From an uncultured Ruficoccus sp. (GTDB taxonomy: Bacteria; Verrucomicrobiota; Verrucomicrobiia; Opitutales; Cerasicoccaceae): a DNA stretch of 64,000 nt. This document shows positions 62,881-64,000 of this stretch, piece after piece (within the stretch, counting starts at the first letter, position 1; each line of letters starts with the position of its first letter). The stretch spans positions 1 to 64,000 of the forward strand of contig OZ223473.1 in the NCBI GenBank assembly GCA_965140785.1, written 5' to 3'. The notes under the pieces were generated by a model, which saw only the letters and a list, made by a program, of their open reading frames with translations, was not told the DNA's origin and did not search any database. A program made the position numbers and the translations under genes.

Positions 62881-63411
62881 GGTTCATGCGACGGCCATGG
62901 GCAAATCCCATAACCTTTGCTTATGCTGCAACTTGAACGACACACTCAGCAGATGCAACTGTACTAAAGCAAGAAAGCTTAATATAAGTGCCCTCCTTAC
63001 GCAGAATTAGATTAGTTAATCAAATCCCAGCATTAGAAACGCGAATGGGTCTCAATTCTATCTTGAACCGTTGGCAGCGAGGCAAATTCCGGTGCGGGCT
63101 TGAACGCGGTAGCCCCGTGTCCAAATGGGATTCCAAGGACTCAATGGCCCCTCCCTGCCCTGCCCGCTTGCCGTACCAACCCACATTGCCGACGATTCCG
63201 GCGGGAGGGAGCCGCTTGAAAAAAACTAATATTGCGCGACAATCACTGGGATAAGGCATTACCCTGCCCTTTGGGGTGCCAACACACCACTGGGACCGCT
63301 CTGGCCAAGTTTTCCGGACAGGCAAATACATAGCTGCCACAAGCCTCCGGTGGTCACCGGAGCAAGGGTCCTTTTTGCGTATTGAGCGCACTCCGGACAG
63401 CTCCTTGCTGC

Positions 63412-63882
63412 CTAGCGCCGTTTCAGGACCTCGGTGGTCTCCGCCGACAGTGTCGAGGAGTCTTGGAAGCTGGCAACTTTCCAGGCCGAATTCTGTTTGA
63501 CCAATGTAACCATATGACGGTCCCGGCGATCCTTTGCCCCCCAGTAGGTGTCCTCACCTTCCGGGTCAACCCGAATGTGGCACAAGACAACGAGCTGGAC
63601 CGTTTTGCCATCGGTCGAGTCGCTACGACTCAAAAACTCGTACCAGGTCAACCGGGGCTCACCACCCAGGCGCTTCATGCGCTCGCTGTTGACCGCGAAA
63701 GCCTGGATGGGTTGATCGGTCGCGATGATATTCTTAACCCGTGCACTGTCTCCCTCCAGCAGAGCTGAGACGTAGCTCTTGTAAACCAGAGCCGGCTGGC
63801 TGAAATGGGTCGTGGCATACCCGTAAAAGGCATAGCCCACTCCAGCGAGCAGCAGGAGCAAGATCAGGGTCTTCAGTTTCAT
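63412..63882 (-). CDS. Membrane-anchored hypothetical protein (possible NTF2-like fold)
   Basis: N-terminal TM segment; Y..ALL.GD ... VTLVKQNSAWKV pattern. Confidence 0.55.
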   Translation of the reverse strand: MKLKTLILLLLLAGVGYAFYGYATTHFSQPALVYKSYVSALLEGDSARVKNIIATDQPIQAFAVNSERMKRLGGEPRLTWYEFLSRSDSTDGKTVQLVVLCHIRVDPEGEDTYWGAKDRRDRHMVTLVKQNSAWKVASFQDSSTLSAETTEVLKRR

Positions 63883-64000
63883 GGGCCGATGGGGGGGGCA
63901 ACTCGTCACGGTCTAAAATACCACAGCATGGGCAAATTGCCTATCAGGGGTTTTAGCGAATAAAGACGGTTGATTTTGCTAAGGTTGGGGCGACATATAG

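Noticed and set aside
62881..63411. Long spacer upstream of sdhC as a riboswitch, sRNA or small ORFs
   Set aside because: I could not match any known RNA motif, and the short ORFs there lack convincing coding features. An Rfam scan would be needed.

Overview
A 64-kb window of a GC-rich bacterial chromosome. PEP-CTERM proteins, the bat operon and the sdhCAB type suggest Verrucomicrobiota, class Opitutia; this is inferred, not searched. It is mostly core genes: ftsH, tilS, serS, glnA, moxR-bat operon, dnaX with ffs, nusA-infB-rbfA-DHH, rlmN, cysS, thrS, HIT-phoH-HDIG-ybeY-DUF502-recO-DinG-like, trpB, tRNA-Thr and sdhCAB. About 11 genes, many essential, are split by indels mostly at short homopolymers, so the sequence probably carries sequencing errors and these should not be called pseudogenes. 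Features the ORF track does not show include the 5' end of ovoA at the left edge, the SRP RNA, tRNA-Thr(CGT), a c-di-AMP (ydaO) riboswitch before trkH, an A9 slippage site in dnaX, a sigma54 promoter and several palindromic repeats. The best candidate for an undescribed system is 35.55-37.59 kb: a divergent pair of ribbon-helix-helix genes, one fused to a PD-(D/E)xK nuclease-like domain, with an excisionase-like HTH gene and no integrase, next to a sigma54-preceded orphan Nif11-like peptide. No CRISPR array, rRNA gene or intact transposase or integrase was seen.
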